The position numbers and the translations under genes were made by a program. This document shows positions 49,701 through 61,258 of a stretch of DNA of 64,000 nucleotides, piece after piece. A model generated the notes under the pieces. That model had not been told where the DNA came from, did no database searches, and saw nothing but the letters and a program-made list of their open reading frames with translations. The DNA comes from Laetmonice hystrix (taxonomy: Eukaryota): positions 2,356,001-2,420,000 of the forward strand of contig OZ249446.1 in NCBI GenBank assembly GCA_965235115.1, in the 5' to 3' direction. How positions within the stretch are numbered: the stretch's first letter is position 1; every line of letters starts with the position of its first letter.

Positions 49701-52503
49701 TACAGGCAGGGAGTTGGGAGCATGACCATCACTCCAGACCTAGCATGTTTACAAGCAGGGAGTTGGGAGCATGACCGACTTTCAGACCATGGATGCTACC
49801 ATCACTCCAGATCTAACATGGTTACAAGCAGGGAGTTGGGAGCATGACCATCACTCCAGACCTAGCATGTTTACAAGCAGGGAGTTGGGAGCATGACCAT
49901 CACTCCAGACCTAGCATGTTTACAAGCAGGGAGTTGGGAGCATGACCGACTTTCAGACCATGGATGCTACCATCACTCCAGATCTAACATGGTTACAAGC
50001 AGGGAGTTGGGAGCATGACCATCACTCCAGACCTAGCATGGTTACAGGCAGGGAGTTGGGAGCATGACCATCACTCCAGACCTAGCATGTTTACAAGCAG
50101 GGAGTTGGGAGCATGACCGACTTTCAGACCATGGATGCTACCATCACTCCAGATCTAACATGTTTACAAGCAGGGAGTTGGGAGCATGACCATCACTCCA
50201 GACCTAGCATGTTTATAGGCAGGGAGTTGAAAGGCCAGAAAATATAATCATCATAAACCATGTTTTTTTCTTTAACTGACCTAGATATATCTGAACTGAA
50301 TTGCAAGCATTGTTGCATTTGAAGGCAGCTATGTAAATGATCAGCCAGTGGAACCAAGCGATATACATTATGTACGAACTGTTTTTGTTCGTTCTGTGTG
50401 GTAGACCTAAATCTACATGGTACCAGTATGCCATTGCATGACTTAATTTAATTGAAAATACCTCCGTGCCTTTGTGGCGTTGATGGCTCAATCATTCTGA
50501 TCATTTATGTTTTGGTTCACAAGACAGGGCCTTAGCCAGAAACTTTGGCTACAGCCCAAGACATCTAATAATTCATTGCCCGTGTTTTTGCTCACGGCTC
50601 CCCGCCAAGTCGTTTTCAAGACAAGACATTGTATGCCTGGTATAGGCCTGTTTTGTACAAGACATTGTATGGATGGTATAGGCATATAGAATGGGATGTG
50701 CTGGTTTTGTACTAGACATTGTATGGATGGTATAGGCATATAGAATGGGATGTGCTGGTTTTGTACAAGACATTGTATGGATGGTATAGGCATATAGAAT
50801 GGGATGTGCTGGTTTTGTACAAGACATTGTATGGATGGTATAGGCATATAGAATGGGATGTGCTGGTTTTGTACTAGACATTGTATGGATGGTATAGGCA
50901 TATAGAATGGGATGTGTTGGTTTTGTACAAGACATTGTATGGATGGTACAGGCATATAGAATGGGATGTGCTAGTTTCGTGTAGTCTTTTCGACTAGCCC
51001 CGTTTCTGCTTTATCTACCATTTTGTTTGTATGTGACTGTATGCCGTAGTAAGCAGATACTGACTCTGTGACGGATCTGGATCTCGAAGTCGAGTTTTTC
51101 ACGTAGCGTCCTAATGTATTCCTCCGCCTCCCGCCGACATTTCATCTCAGCTTCCAACCTGCAAGTGACGTAGGTATGACGTCATAATCATTTCATTGGA
51201 AAATAGTTACTGACAGTTTTTTAAACAAATAATTATAATTGATAATACTTTTTTTCGAGAAGGATATTTAGTTTAATCTGAATTGTCATCAAAATAGACG
51301 GATTTACAGCCGCCTGGATTTTTAACTTTTGAATTTTTTAATTTTGATTTTTAAAAATACGTTGCTTTAAAGAGTAATATATCCTTTCCACAAGTGAAAA
51401 TCTATCAGCGAGCAATCGTGCAGACTTTGTATTGCACCAGTAACATTACACAACCATTAAGTTGTTTTACCTTTTCCTAGCCTCAATCATCTCAACATCG
51501 AGATGACCGCGTTCTGGGGCGGTCTTGAGTTCCGACCTGATGGTAGACAGAGAGGTGTGCAGCTCTGTGACCTGTTGTTTGGCTGACAGTAAATCCTTCC
51601 GAGCAACACTTAACTCCTGCGACAAGTTCTCGCGCATTTCCGTCTCCTCCGAGAGCCTGTGAGAGGACGTGTACATGGTAATACTCCTTCAACTCGAAGT
51701 TAGGCATCTTTAAAGGCGTAGGCCTATAATGTACGTCAGAGGGGTAGAGTTTGATAAATGATAAACTCTAAAACTTTATAAAACGGCATCCTCTGAAACG
51801 TCATTGGCGATATAGAGGCCTACTATATGTCTTACTTGGCGCGGAGTTCCCGAATCACCATATCTGTGGTGTCACACCGAGCGGCGTACGTTGATTTCTC
51901 ACATGTCGCACTTTCAACTCGATTCCTGGAACATTTAAAGGAATCACATAAATATGAAATATGACAAAAAAAAGGGGATGAACCCATTTTATTGTCCTCT
52001 ATTCGGTGGGTGGGTGGGTGGGTGGGGGGTCTTTCTGAGCTAATACTTTGAATTCTACCTTCTATGTGTTATCATATTATATCAAGCCGTTGCCCGTCTG
52101 TCCGTACATGAGATAGACGTACCTGAGCCTCTCCAGTTCCCTCCCGTACGTATCCTTGAGTAGGACGATTTCCTCCTCCAGCGTCCGGACAGCGTCCCGG
52201 TATCCGCTCGCGTCAAATTCACCCGCTGATTGACGCACACTGCGCACGCGCGTTATGTACGCAGCTAGGCGATCATTGAGCGACTCCAACTCCTGCAACC
52301 GCAACCAGTAGTCAATATCAGTTTTAAAAAGTTACATTTGTTCTTTGATCATGATGAGACTTTACCTTATAAACCGAGGGCATTACAAGTCTACGTACGT
52401 GTTTCTCCTCGTGAGCGGCGGACGTGATTGCCTTGCAGGGTGACGTCACTCCTGACGTCACTTTGCTCACGTGACAGGACGTGTAATTGCACGAACAGGA
52501 CAT
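43703..52503 (-). CDS. Divergent lamin-like intermediate filament protein (long rod; no recognisable Ig-fold tail or CaaX)
   Basis: Exons 52503-52399, 52292-52123, 51925-51836, 51656-51471, 51158-51065, 48738-48580, 48189-48034, 47892-47770, 46720-46623, 45633-45369, optional 45175-45077 (weak acceptor), 44643-44559, 44181-44096, 43795-43703; phases consistent. Coil 1A EEKHELESLNDRLAAYITRVR, TLREKLDFE, rod end LKAEIDTFKAIMDEGEKR. Tail exons are less certain than rod exons. Confidence 0.85.
44650..45076. repeat. 48-bp minisatellite filling an intron of the IF gene, about 9 copies
   Basis: Unit GGCAGTCATTATACACTGGAAATTAACAAGATAAGAAAATATAATTCT. Confidence 0.94.
45640..46300. repeat. 32-34-bp minisatellite abutting the acceptor at 45634, about 19 copies
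   Basis: Unit GAGCTGTCAATATAGAGAGAAAACGTCAGATA(T/C)C. Confidence 0.95.
46704..47590. repeat. 47-bp minisatellite built from an IF-gene acceptor plus 17 nt of exon, 19 copies
   Basis: Unit ATCACTCCTTCACCTTGTTCTGGCAATGGTAAAGTTACAATGTATGT; period 47 read directly (46801 to 46848). Confidence 0.96.
48820..50230. repeat. Compound minisatellite of 49-bp and 73-bp units
   Basis: 49-bp unit GACCATCACTCCAGACCTAGCATGGTTACAGGCAGGGAGTTGGGAGCAT interspersed with a 73-bp variant starting GACCGACTTTCAGACCATGGATGCT. Confidence 0.96.
50640..50972. repeat. 54-bp minisatellite, about 6 copies
   Basis: Unit AGACATTGTATGGATGGTATAGGCATATAGAATGGGATGTGCTGGTTTTGTAC(T/A). Confidence 0.93.
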
Positions 52504-52769
52504 AACGGCCGCGTCAAGATGTAACTTCTGTACGAAAACATTTATAATCAGTGAATTTGTCAGCCACGACATCAATTTCACATGTAATATGACAAAAAAT
52601 ATGGAAAGTAAGAAACTATCTGGAGTCCATACCCTCAGGTTGAACTGTGTTGAACTGCGTCAGTGGGCTTTCCTTCTTCCACATCCCTTTCCACTCCCAC
52701 CATCCCTACGTGTCCACCCCCCCCCCCCCCTTTTTTCTTTTCTGCAACCTGCTTTACACAACAACTGAG

Positions 52770-52920
52770 TGCGGCATGTTGTAATGTACTCTCTATATGT
52801 AAATATACCGTGATAAATGTATAAGAGAGCCTGGAAGGCACAGATACAGCCGGAAGACCAGCACCTTTGCTGAGGATGTATACTGTTAAATTGTTGAATA
52901 AAAAAAAAAAAAAAAAAAAA
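52770..52920 (+). mobile_element. 3' tail of a non-LTR retroelement (LINE/SINE) with poly(A)
   Basis: ..GCCGGAAGACCAGCACCTTTGCTGAGG..TTGAAT followed by an A-run of about 22 nt; no RT ORF seen. Confidence 0.45.
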
Positions 52921-53313
52921 ATTAAGATTAACTCTTTGAGACTATGCCTTTTACCAGTCTATCTAAGCAGATTAAACTGGGTGATGATATGGTGGATTAG
53001 GCCTTGTTTCAAAACAATGCTAGCTTACTTAAAAACAAAATAAAATAAAGTGCCAGTCACACACCCACACCCACACCAACACCAACACCCACACCCACAC
53101 CCAACACCTTTTCTTCAAATCCTATTCTGCTAAGTGTGGATAAATTAAAACGTCCACTGAATAAACCTGGCCGGCAGGAGTAAACATCCTTAACGTGTCA
53201 AAACATGTCATGTGAACTGATTCGTTGGCCCGGCTTATTTCTAAGGCTGGATGTCCGGAAATCGCCTTAAACGAGGTTTGATCTTCTAAATAACGTAGGC
53301 ATCTACCGGTAGA

Positions 53314-53637
53314 TACATTAGGGATACGTTAGGGATAGATGGGCAACATATAAACATAATGTAAACCTAGCTGTACATACATTAGGGATACGTTAGGGAT
53401 AGATGGGCAATACATAAACATAATGTAAACCTAGCTGTACATACATTAGGGATACGTTAGGGATAGATGGGCAACACATAAACATAATGTAAACCGAGCT
53501 GTACATACATTAGGGATACGTTAGGGATAGATGGGCAACACATAAACATAATGTAAACCGAGCTGTACATACATTAGGGATACGTTAGGGATAGATGGGC
53601 AACACATAAACATAATGTAAACCTAGCTGTACATACC
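53314..53637. repeat. 64-bp minisatellite with two TTAGGG hexamers per unit, about 5 copies
   Basis: Unit TACATTAGGGATACGTTAGGGATAGATGGGCAACACATAAACATAATGTAAACCTAGCTGTACA. Confidence 0.93.
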
Positions 53638-53956
53638 TATACACAAGTGTATACATACACTAGATGTATATTAAGTACACTAACGTACATTCAATGGGCA
53701 TTACCCACCCCCTTGAGGCTGCGAATTAAATGTGAAGAATACGTCCCCAGGGCCTCAGGTTCACAATTCACAATGTTGGCTACCTCTCCCCTTCCATTTG
53801 ATAAATTCCGCCAAAGAAGTATAGCACCAATGGGGGTTAATGGGGTAACTCGGCCTACCCTATGATGGGTAGGGGGCCGGGGGTATCAGCTTTGCCCCCG
53901 GTTCCGTACCGCAGCTGGCGAGTCTGTGCCGCGGTCTCAACCTTCCAGTTTCTTAA

Positions 53957-54193
53957 AGGCCAACACACACACTGCGACTGCTTGCAACTCCTTGCGACGC
54001 GACCGTCGTGACCCAGTTTTTGACCCGAGCTCATCTATAGAGGACGGAATGGAGTCTTGCGACGGTCGCAGAGGTTCTGGCACTGTCAGAACGTCTGCGA
54101 CCGTCGCAGGCTGTTGCAGGCCACTCATTGCCATAGCGACGGACCGTCGTGAGACCGTCGTGCGACGGGTAATCGCAGTGTGTGTGTTGGCCT
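53957..54193. mobile_element. PIF/Harbinger-type MITE, 237 bp
   Basis: TIR AGGCCAACACACACACTGCGA / TCGCAGTGTGTGTGTTGGCCT with TAA on both flanks. Confidence 0.85.
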
Positions 54194-55171
54194 TAAGGTG
54201 CGGTAAGCCAACCGTTGGATGCCGTCAGGCCGGTCGATATGCAGAGATAAACCTCACAGTCCAGAACGATATTACACACACGTGATGTACCTCTACTTGT
54301 TATCTTACACTAATAATGAACACTCACCTAGAGCTCCTAAATGACTGGTTCTCTGCCCCTCGCGTTCTGCACGCCGTGTCTTGATGAAACCAGTAAGGTT
54401 CAGGTCAACAGCCACAGACGGCGTCGTTGGCAACAGGGCAACACGGCAACCAAGGCAATCCCGAATGGGCAACCGACATAATCCCCCTGGTGAGAAACTA
54501 TGAAAGCTCGTAAAAGGGACATCAGAGTGACTACTGGACTGGCGCGGTCCCAACTTTGAGGCTAAATGTTGATAAATGCATTCAAAGGCTCAAGTGCACT
54601 AAAATCAAGGTCATAAAGTTTGCAGAAAAGAGGCATACAATGCCATGTAGGCTATAGGTCTATAGGTTAGCTCGTTCTTAAGGACAAGGACATACGTGCT
54701 GGAGATGGTTTTCTAAATTAAGAAACTTTTGTTCAGTCATCTGACTTGGGGTAACTTAAATGCATCCCTACATCTTTCCCTGTAGAGTTCATGGAATGAT
54801 AGATCTTCCTAAGAATAAAATAGCTCTCCATGAAAGTAAATAGCTCTTCATAATAATAAAATACCCTTTCGTAAATGGCAACATTTATGAAAGTGCATAA
54901 GTGCAACAATTTCTTAAGTGCAACAATTCATAATCGACGTTCAGATAAAAAGAATTAACTCAGTATAAACTCGGACCATTTTGATGTAAGGCCTTAATTA
55001 CTTGCATCATTTATGTGCCGCCCCCCCCCCGCCCCCAACTCTATGTATACCCAATGTAACCACAGACCACTCTCCCAAAAATGTAAAAAGAATATTACAA
55101 GAAAATTACATCGACTGGAATGGGACCTTAGAGCTAAAAGGCAGTCCGGCGCCACCTACTGCCATGAGTGG

Positions 55172-55390
55172 CAGGGGCGGATCCGGGTGGGTGGGGTGAA
55201 TTGGGTGGCTAGCCACCCCCCCCCCCTCCCCACCCTTGAGCTGCCTTATCTCCTGCTCACTTCATTTAATACCCCATTTTGTGCTCCAAAATGCACCACA
55301 TTTCACCAAATTGGACCTTAAATTTTGGCGCCCGACCTGTCTATTAGGCTCCTAGCCACCCCCTTGAAAAAAATCCTGCATCCGCGCCTG
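55172..55390. mobile_element. G/C-rich MITE-like element
   Basis: Termini CAGGGGCGGATCC / GCATCCGCGCCTG. Confidence 0.55.
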
Positions 55391-56696
55391 CATGGAACTA
55401 TGTGAGGCGTTCAGCCCGGCAGCGACTCCAACATATACCGAGTTCGCGTGGTCGACTCGAGTTACTCGGGCTAGTGTTGTTTCACCCGAACTCCCTAGTG
55501 TTGCAGCTCTAGTGACGTCATTTGACCTAGTTGGGTCCAACACGACCAACCCACCCCCTTGGCAGGGATCGCTAGTGTTCCAATATGGCGAAGCTCCCAT
55601 AAGTCATTGCGAATAGGGGCAGTCACACTCTCCAACGCAGAGGTCAGACGGCGGCCTACCGACTCTGTCACCAGGCCCCGCACTACTTGCACGTAAGGAT
55701 CAAGTTCATGACTAATTCTGATCATTTACAGCATTTATTTGTCCCAAACCTTACATCTTAAATCTTACATTTCTAGTTTTGTTAAATACAGATCTTTTAT
55801 TTCAATTGACTGAATTTTCTTTTATTGGTGTTAAATGAACTGGCACTATATGTCAGCCAGATGACAAGTGATGAGGCAGTTTGGGGCAGTAAAGGCAAAC
55901 TCAATGGGGACCGGTGACTAGGAGTGCCAGCGACCCCTATCTAGAGAGCCGGGAACCATTGAAACTCTAGCTCAGAACACTAGTCGGTTCGTGTGACATG
56001 GGTTCATTAACATATTCATGTCTAACACTAGTGTTCCTAGGGTTACGCACGCGAACTCGGCCGGGAGTCAGATTCTGCTGCGTGCTTTGATCAGGGCCAC
56101 CTGAGGTATCGGACCGTGTCGATGCAGACGCTATCTCACCTGTCTAACACAACGCCATCGTCTGGACGGCCACTGATCGCCAGACCAGGTGAGATGGAAA
56201 CATCTCTATCAACATTAGATCGATCTGTGATCCGTTCTATTGCTGAGCAATATAACATTTATTCTGAGCTATTCTGAGCTTCGGACTCGTTAAGTCCACA
56301 CACCAATGGACAGCATAATCTCCTCTGAGGACAGCCCAATCCCAAGTTTGGTAATGCACATCGTTTAGGAGAGACGTAGCAGCGGTTACTTTCTAAATAA
56401 TGTAACATTATGATTTTTCCGACAGAAAGGTGTTGAAACAACCCCTTTTCAGTTACTACAGTTCGTATTACGGAAACAGCCGAGGAGATCCGAATTGGCC
56501 TATCGGAAGTGAGCCGACTAAGTGACAGAGACGGCCATTGATTGGTCAGCACAATCACCGCCACCATCAGCACTACCCGACCACTATCACCACCACCACC
56601 ACCACTATCACCACCACCAGCACCACCACGTGTTGAGTAGTTCGAGACTTGCTGTGCTAGTCGATCATTTTATCACAGACGACGACACGCGTCACA

Positions 56697-57016
56697 CCAG
56701 TAACACACCACACTCCACCAGCTGTTACTCCACAACGTGTTTCTCTTCGTGCCATCCAAGCCAGTAACACACCACACTCCACCAGCTGTTACTCCACAAC
56801 GTGTTTCTCTTCGTGCCATCCAAGCCAGTAACACACCACACTCCACCAGCTGTTACTCCACAACGTGTTTCTCTTCGTGCCATCCAAGCCAGTAACACAC
56901 CACACTCCACCAGCTGTTACTCCACAACGTGTTTCTCTTCGTGCCATCCAAGCCAGTAACACACCACACTCCACCAGCTGTTACTCCACAACGTGTTTCT
57001 CTTCGTGCCGTCCAAA
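56697..57016. repeat. 64-bp tandem repeat, 5 copies
   Basis: CCAGTAACACACCACACTCC.. at 56697, 56761, 56825, 56889 and 56953. Confidence 0.95.
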
Positions 57017-58227
57017 CCTTAACGTCAAGTAAGTGCAAACGGAGATCTGAAACAAAATCTATGACGACGATGTCAGGTCCTATTAATATTCATAAGTTTG
57101 AACTCAAGGTCAAATTCTGACAGTTTAGCTTGGGCTGGGCTCAAGGGGTAGAATTCGGGATGTGTGATGCCCATTGACATCTCATGATGGGAGTAAAGTG
57201 GCTGGGGGGGGGGGGGGGTATGTCCCCAATCTTGAAACTGGGGGCGTCAGGATGATCTTGTTTCCTGCGCAGGCTCGTACTCTGGAGACTAGGACCCTGC
57301 TGGTCTGGAATTGTGGCACAAATCGTGTTCCAATTATGCACTGGTGCAATCGTATCTACATACTCTGGCCAAAGGGCGTACTGAAGAGATAGAAATACAG
57401 TGAAGACCTCTGGCGGAAGGCTGTTTATTCCCCCACAACAAGCGACAGGTAACAGGTTTAGCCCTAGCCCTATCCCAACTATAAGGCCGCATTCACTTTT
57501 ATTTACGGGCAGAACTGATAGGGTCTGATAAAGATTGACCCCCGCTGTTCCGCGTTAATATCTCCTATATATAACTGCAAAGGACTCAGCAGCAGTGTAG
57601 ACTACAGCAGGACTCCAGTGACCCCCCCCCCCCCTTCACCCCAGCCCGCCAATTCTCAGAGGCGCGTACTTCGCAGCGCCATCTGTTTTCCACCTACTTT
57701 CAGTACCCGCAAGTAGACCGGAAGCAGTCTTAGTCTGGTTCTCACCACGCTCAAATTCGCGCCCATTTGCTGAAATGAACGCTCACAGATCCTGCATGGG
57801 ACTCTGGGCAAACCGCAGGGGGTAACGAAGACACCGGGGCGAACTACTTTCACCGTAGCACATGGAAGACATGGCTTTCCGCGTGACACCAGGCTATCTA
57901 GGCCAACTAGGCTAACAGTCAAACCGGCCGCGGTTAAGCTCAAGACAGTCAACCAGCGTAAGTTTAATTCAAGACTTGTTCAACAACACCAGCGATCTTG
58001 CCGACGGGCACGCACTACTTTGTATCTATACGGTGTAGTAATCTGACGAGTGTGACGAGTGAGGTGTCGCGGATGCTCCTAATCGGGCCGTGAGTGATAT
58101 ATAATCTGTGAGAGTGCTTTCCCCGCACGAGCGAAGATTGCCGAAGATTGCCGAAAGGACTCGAGTGTGAGAATGGGTTCTCACGTCGGGCCGCTCCCAG
58201 CCTATACTACAGCAGGACTTTGTAAAT

Positions 58228-58359
58228 ATGCCTCCGACGGCTTTTAAGCGACGAAAGTCGATGTATGCGGCAGAATCAGCTAAAAAGATGAGAAAGGAGT
58301 TGGACAGAAGACGTGACAGTGCTCGTAGCATTGAAATAGATCGGTGAATGGCCTTGAAA
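58228..58359 (+). pseudogene. Decayed transposon-associated ORF fragment
   Basis: MPPTAFKRRKSMYAAESAKKMRKELDRRRDSARSIEIDR*MALK, with an in-frame TGA where a RWxxLK-type motif would have Trp. Flanking sequence is shared with 1360-1430. Confidence 0.35.
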
Positions 58360-58469
58360 CCCCACGCTCCAAGCGTCACCTGAGTGTGTGAGAGGCGCTG
58401 AAACTGAGCGTGGGAATTCCCGTTGCACGGTTATCCAAAATGGCCAAGCGGTTCGAAGGTAGAGCGTAA

Positions 58470-58942
58470 AGCTGGCGCTACACTAGGCGATTCACGTTGC
58501 GATCACGTTGAGATTTCACGTTCTCACGGTCGCATCGCATAGTGTAGCAGGCTCCGTCGCCCATCGCAAGGTCGTTGCAAACTCGTTGCGACCGTGGGAA
58601 CGTGAAATCGCAAAGAATGAACATGTTCATTCTTTGCGACGACGGTTGCAGCTGAATCGCACCGTTTTCCTGCTTGCTACAAGTGTAGCCATCGCCGTCG
58701 CTCGTCGCAATGACGTGTCCGCTGGATCAACCAACCAGAAGTCGCTATACTTGTCATGTGATTATTTCTACGAATATTGGTTGAAATGAGGCGGCAAATC
58801 GGGTGGGCTATCCGCTGTTCGATCGCCAAGTGTAGCAGCATTACCGATGCAACGAGCGAGAGACAAGCGACCGGCATCCCCCCGGTTGCGATGGGTTGTT
58901 GCAAGCAAATCGCTTGTTGCGTCGCCTAGTGTAGCACCAGCT
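58470..58942. mobile_element. PIF/Harbinger-type MITE, copy 2 (inverted relative to 12308-12807)
   Basis: TIR AGCTGGCGCTACACTAGGCGA / TCGCCTAGTGTAGCACCAGCT with TAA on both flanks. Confidence 0.85.
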
Positions 58943-59230
58943 TAACGGAGGCAGCTGAGCGTTCTCACATTACATTTGGTTGGTCTCAGTTCAATTTATT
59001 TGAGTTTTACATGTGACACTAAGCTGATTTATATGGCAGGCGTTTGATATTACAGGTTTTAAAAACAGTGTGCCTTAAACGTGTACGAATAGCCTGGAGT
59101 GTAGCAGCTGACTGAGTACTAAATTATCAATAAATTTTATGAGCTCCAATGTTATAGTAATTCATAGTTATTGTCAATGGTTCATGGAATTGGAGAAAGT
59201 TGAAAAACGCTTCTCATTATGAGAATAACG

Positions 59231-59620
59231 TTGCTAATACTCCCGCTATAACGGGTATTTGTCGGCAGAAATTCTCAGTGTTGCTAATACTCCCGCTATA
59301 ACGGATATTTGTCGGCAGAAATTATCAGTGTTGCTAATACTCCCGCTATAACGGGTATTTGCCAGCAGAAATTCTCAGTGTGGCTAATACTCCCGCTATA
59401 ACGGGTATTTGTCGGCAGAAATTATCAGTGTTGCTAATACTCCCGCTATAACGGGTATTTGCCAGCAGAAATTCTCAGTGTGGCTAATACTCCCGCTATA
59501 ACGGGTATTTGTCGGCAGAAATTCTCAGTGTTGCTAATACTCCAGCTAACGGGTATTTGTCGGCAGAAATTCTCAGTGTGGCTAATACTCCCGCTATAAC
59601 GAGTATTTGTCGGCAGAAAG
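59231..59620. repeat. 50-bp minisatellite, about 8 copies
   Basis: Unit TTGCTAATACTCCCGCTATAACGGGTATTTGTCGGCAGAAATTCTCAGTG. Confidence 0.94.
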
Positions 59621-60369
59621 TATCGTCCTGTATCGAAAAGATTAGTTTTCTTTTCTTTTACCCATCTACCTTCTGATCAGATTACCTTCAAGTATGTCCT
59701 GAACAATAGATAACTGTTATGGTGGTTTTTATGGGAAGGCCTAGTTGGAGATAACGTGGATATAGCCTACTTGTAGGAAAAACGATCGAAGGACTTTCTG
59801 CACCCGTGACACCCTCACTGAGTATGAATCTGAACACTAGAGGAGTATTTTGTTTGGGTCCGATACGCATGTTCTCTCCTTCTTCAAAGAATAGAGAATT
59901 CTGTTGGTGTCTCCTTCAAGAAGAGAGTTCTCACCCAGGGTCCGGTGGGCTGAGATAGATACGTCCGTGTTAACCATTGTTAACCAATGTTAACCAGTAT
60001 TAACCAATCACAGAACGTTGAAGGTTAGCTTTAGGATTAGTCTCAATTTGAAGAAGGAATTCTCCACCCATTGCACCCACTACTAGTCGCGTTGGGTGAA
60101 ACTTTCTTCTTGAAGAAGTTGAGACACGTATCGGTTGTACAATAGATGTCAGCCTTGTAATTCAAGGGAGTAGCAAGGCCCCCAAAATGTGCCTGAAAAT
60201 GGACCTGGAGGGCCCCTCGGGGGCAGTTTACACATACATGTATAGCCTACAGGCTGATATTGTCCAAAACCAAAATATAATTTCTTCCCCTATTTAAAAA
60301 GTAACGGGTACAGCCCCTGTTGCCCGACCATTTCATATGCTCCTGTAGTTCTGTCCCTAGGTGTCCGCT

Positions 60370-61222
60370 ATGTCCAGCGATACGATGAAACGAGCGGAGA
60401 TCACGGGGAAAGACCTTCCCCTCCGGGTGGTGTCTGCCCAACGTTACGAACCGCCACCAGAGGGCGTCCTTGTCCGGACGACGTTTGCTGGACTGTGTCA
60501 CACCGACCTACACTTCCTGATGGGTGATGACGTTCTGGCGAAACGGCTCGACATCCTGGGTACAATGCAGTACGCCTACAATACAACCCCCCCCCCTCCA
60601 AACAAAAAACAAAAACACAACCCCCTTTCGGGATATGAGGGAAAGGGTACATGTGACATGGTTGGGTGTTGGTGTTGCAGTGCTAAGAGTACTAAGGATA
60701 AGTGTAAGAATGAGTGATGCTAGTCATTATCATTTGAACAAATTCTAACAAAATCAGATAGGTTAGTCAGCCATTTTCTACTTTTTTTAAATTAAATAAC
60801 TTCCATTTTAGTGTATTTGTGCGTCCTAAGTAATACGGCTTAAGAAATCGTACGATCCGGTGTGACTGAGGCTTAAGAATAAATGCCCATGAAGGCATGG
60901 CTATGGATACAAACCTGGAGAGAAAAAGATTGGGCGTTGGCCGAGTGGTATAAATGTTCGCCTCACACCGCTGCGGTTCGGGTCAATATTGGGAGTTCAT
61001 TCCCCCTGCCCTTGTTACGACACCCTGGGGGACGGTCTGGGATACTTTGTACGACAATATTGTGAGTGTTGTTTGTTATTCTGATGCCCACAGGTGACGC
61101 TTACGTTGGCGTCACGCCGGGTCACGAGGCGGCCGGTGTGATTGAGTCGTTTGGAGGGAAGGCACGGCCCTCCGACTATGACTTGTCTATTGGTGACAGG
61201 GTCTGCATCTATCCATGGCTCG
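60370..61222 (+). CDS. Zinc-dependent medium-chain (MDR) alcohol dehydrogenase family protein, first two coding exons; gene continues past 64000
   Basis: Exons 60370-60559 and 61094-61222, phase 1. Catalytic-zinc motifs GLCHTDLH and TPGHEAAGVIESFG..GDRVCIYPWL. The start of the next exon (GCQECDLC) is visible in the repeat at 63435-64000. Confidence 0.9.
60932..61005 (+). mobile_element. Degenerate tRNA-derived SINE head
   Basis: A-box-like TGGCCGAGTGG and B-box-like GGTTCGGGTC / GAGTTCATTCCC; no intact cloverleaf. Confidence 0.35.
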
Positions 61223-61258
61223 GTACGTCCGTACTTCGATTGGAGCGGTGGTGGATTA

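Noticed and set aside
53314-53637. Interstitial telomere
   Set aside because: TTAGGG occurs only as isolated hexamers inside a 64-bp unit, not as tandem arrays.
54328-54486. Minus-strand exon with good splice sites as an extra coding exon of the IF gene
   Set aside because: Its only open frame joins out of frame to the 52527 acceptor; at most a 5' UTR exon.
56522-56640. Poly-His/Thr/Pro ORF
   Set aside because: A CAC-rich microsatellite gives low-complexity peptides in every frame; no gene structure supports it.
60932-61005. tRNA gene
   Set aside because: Promoter boxes are present but no cloverleaf can be folded; treated as a SINE head.
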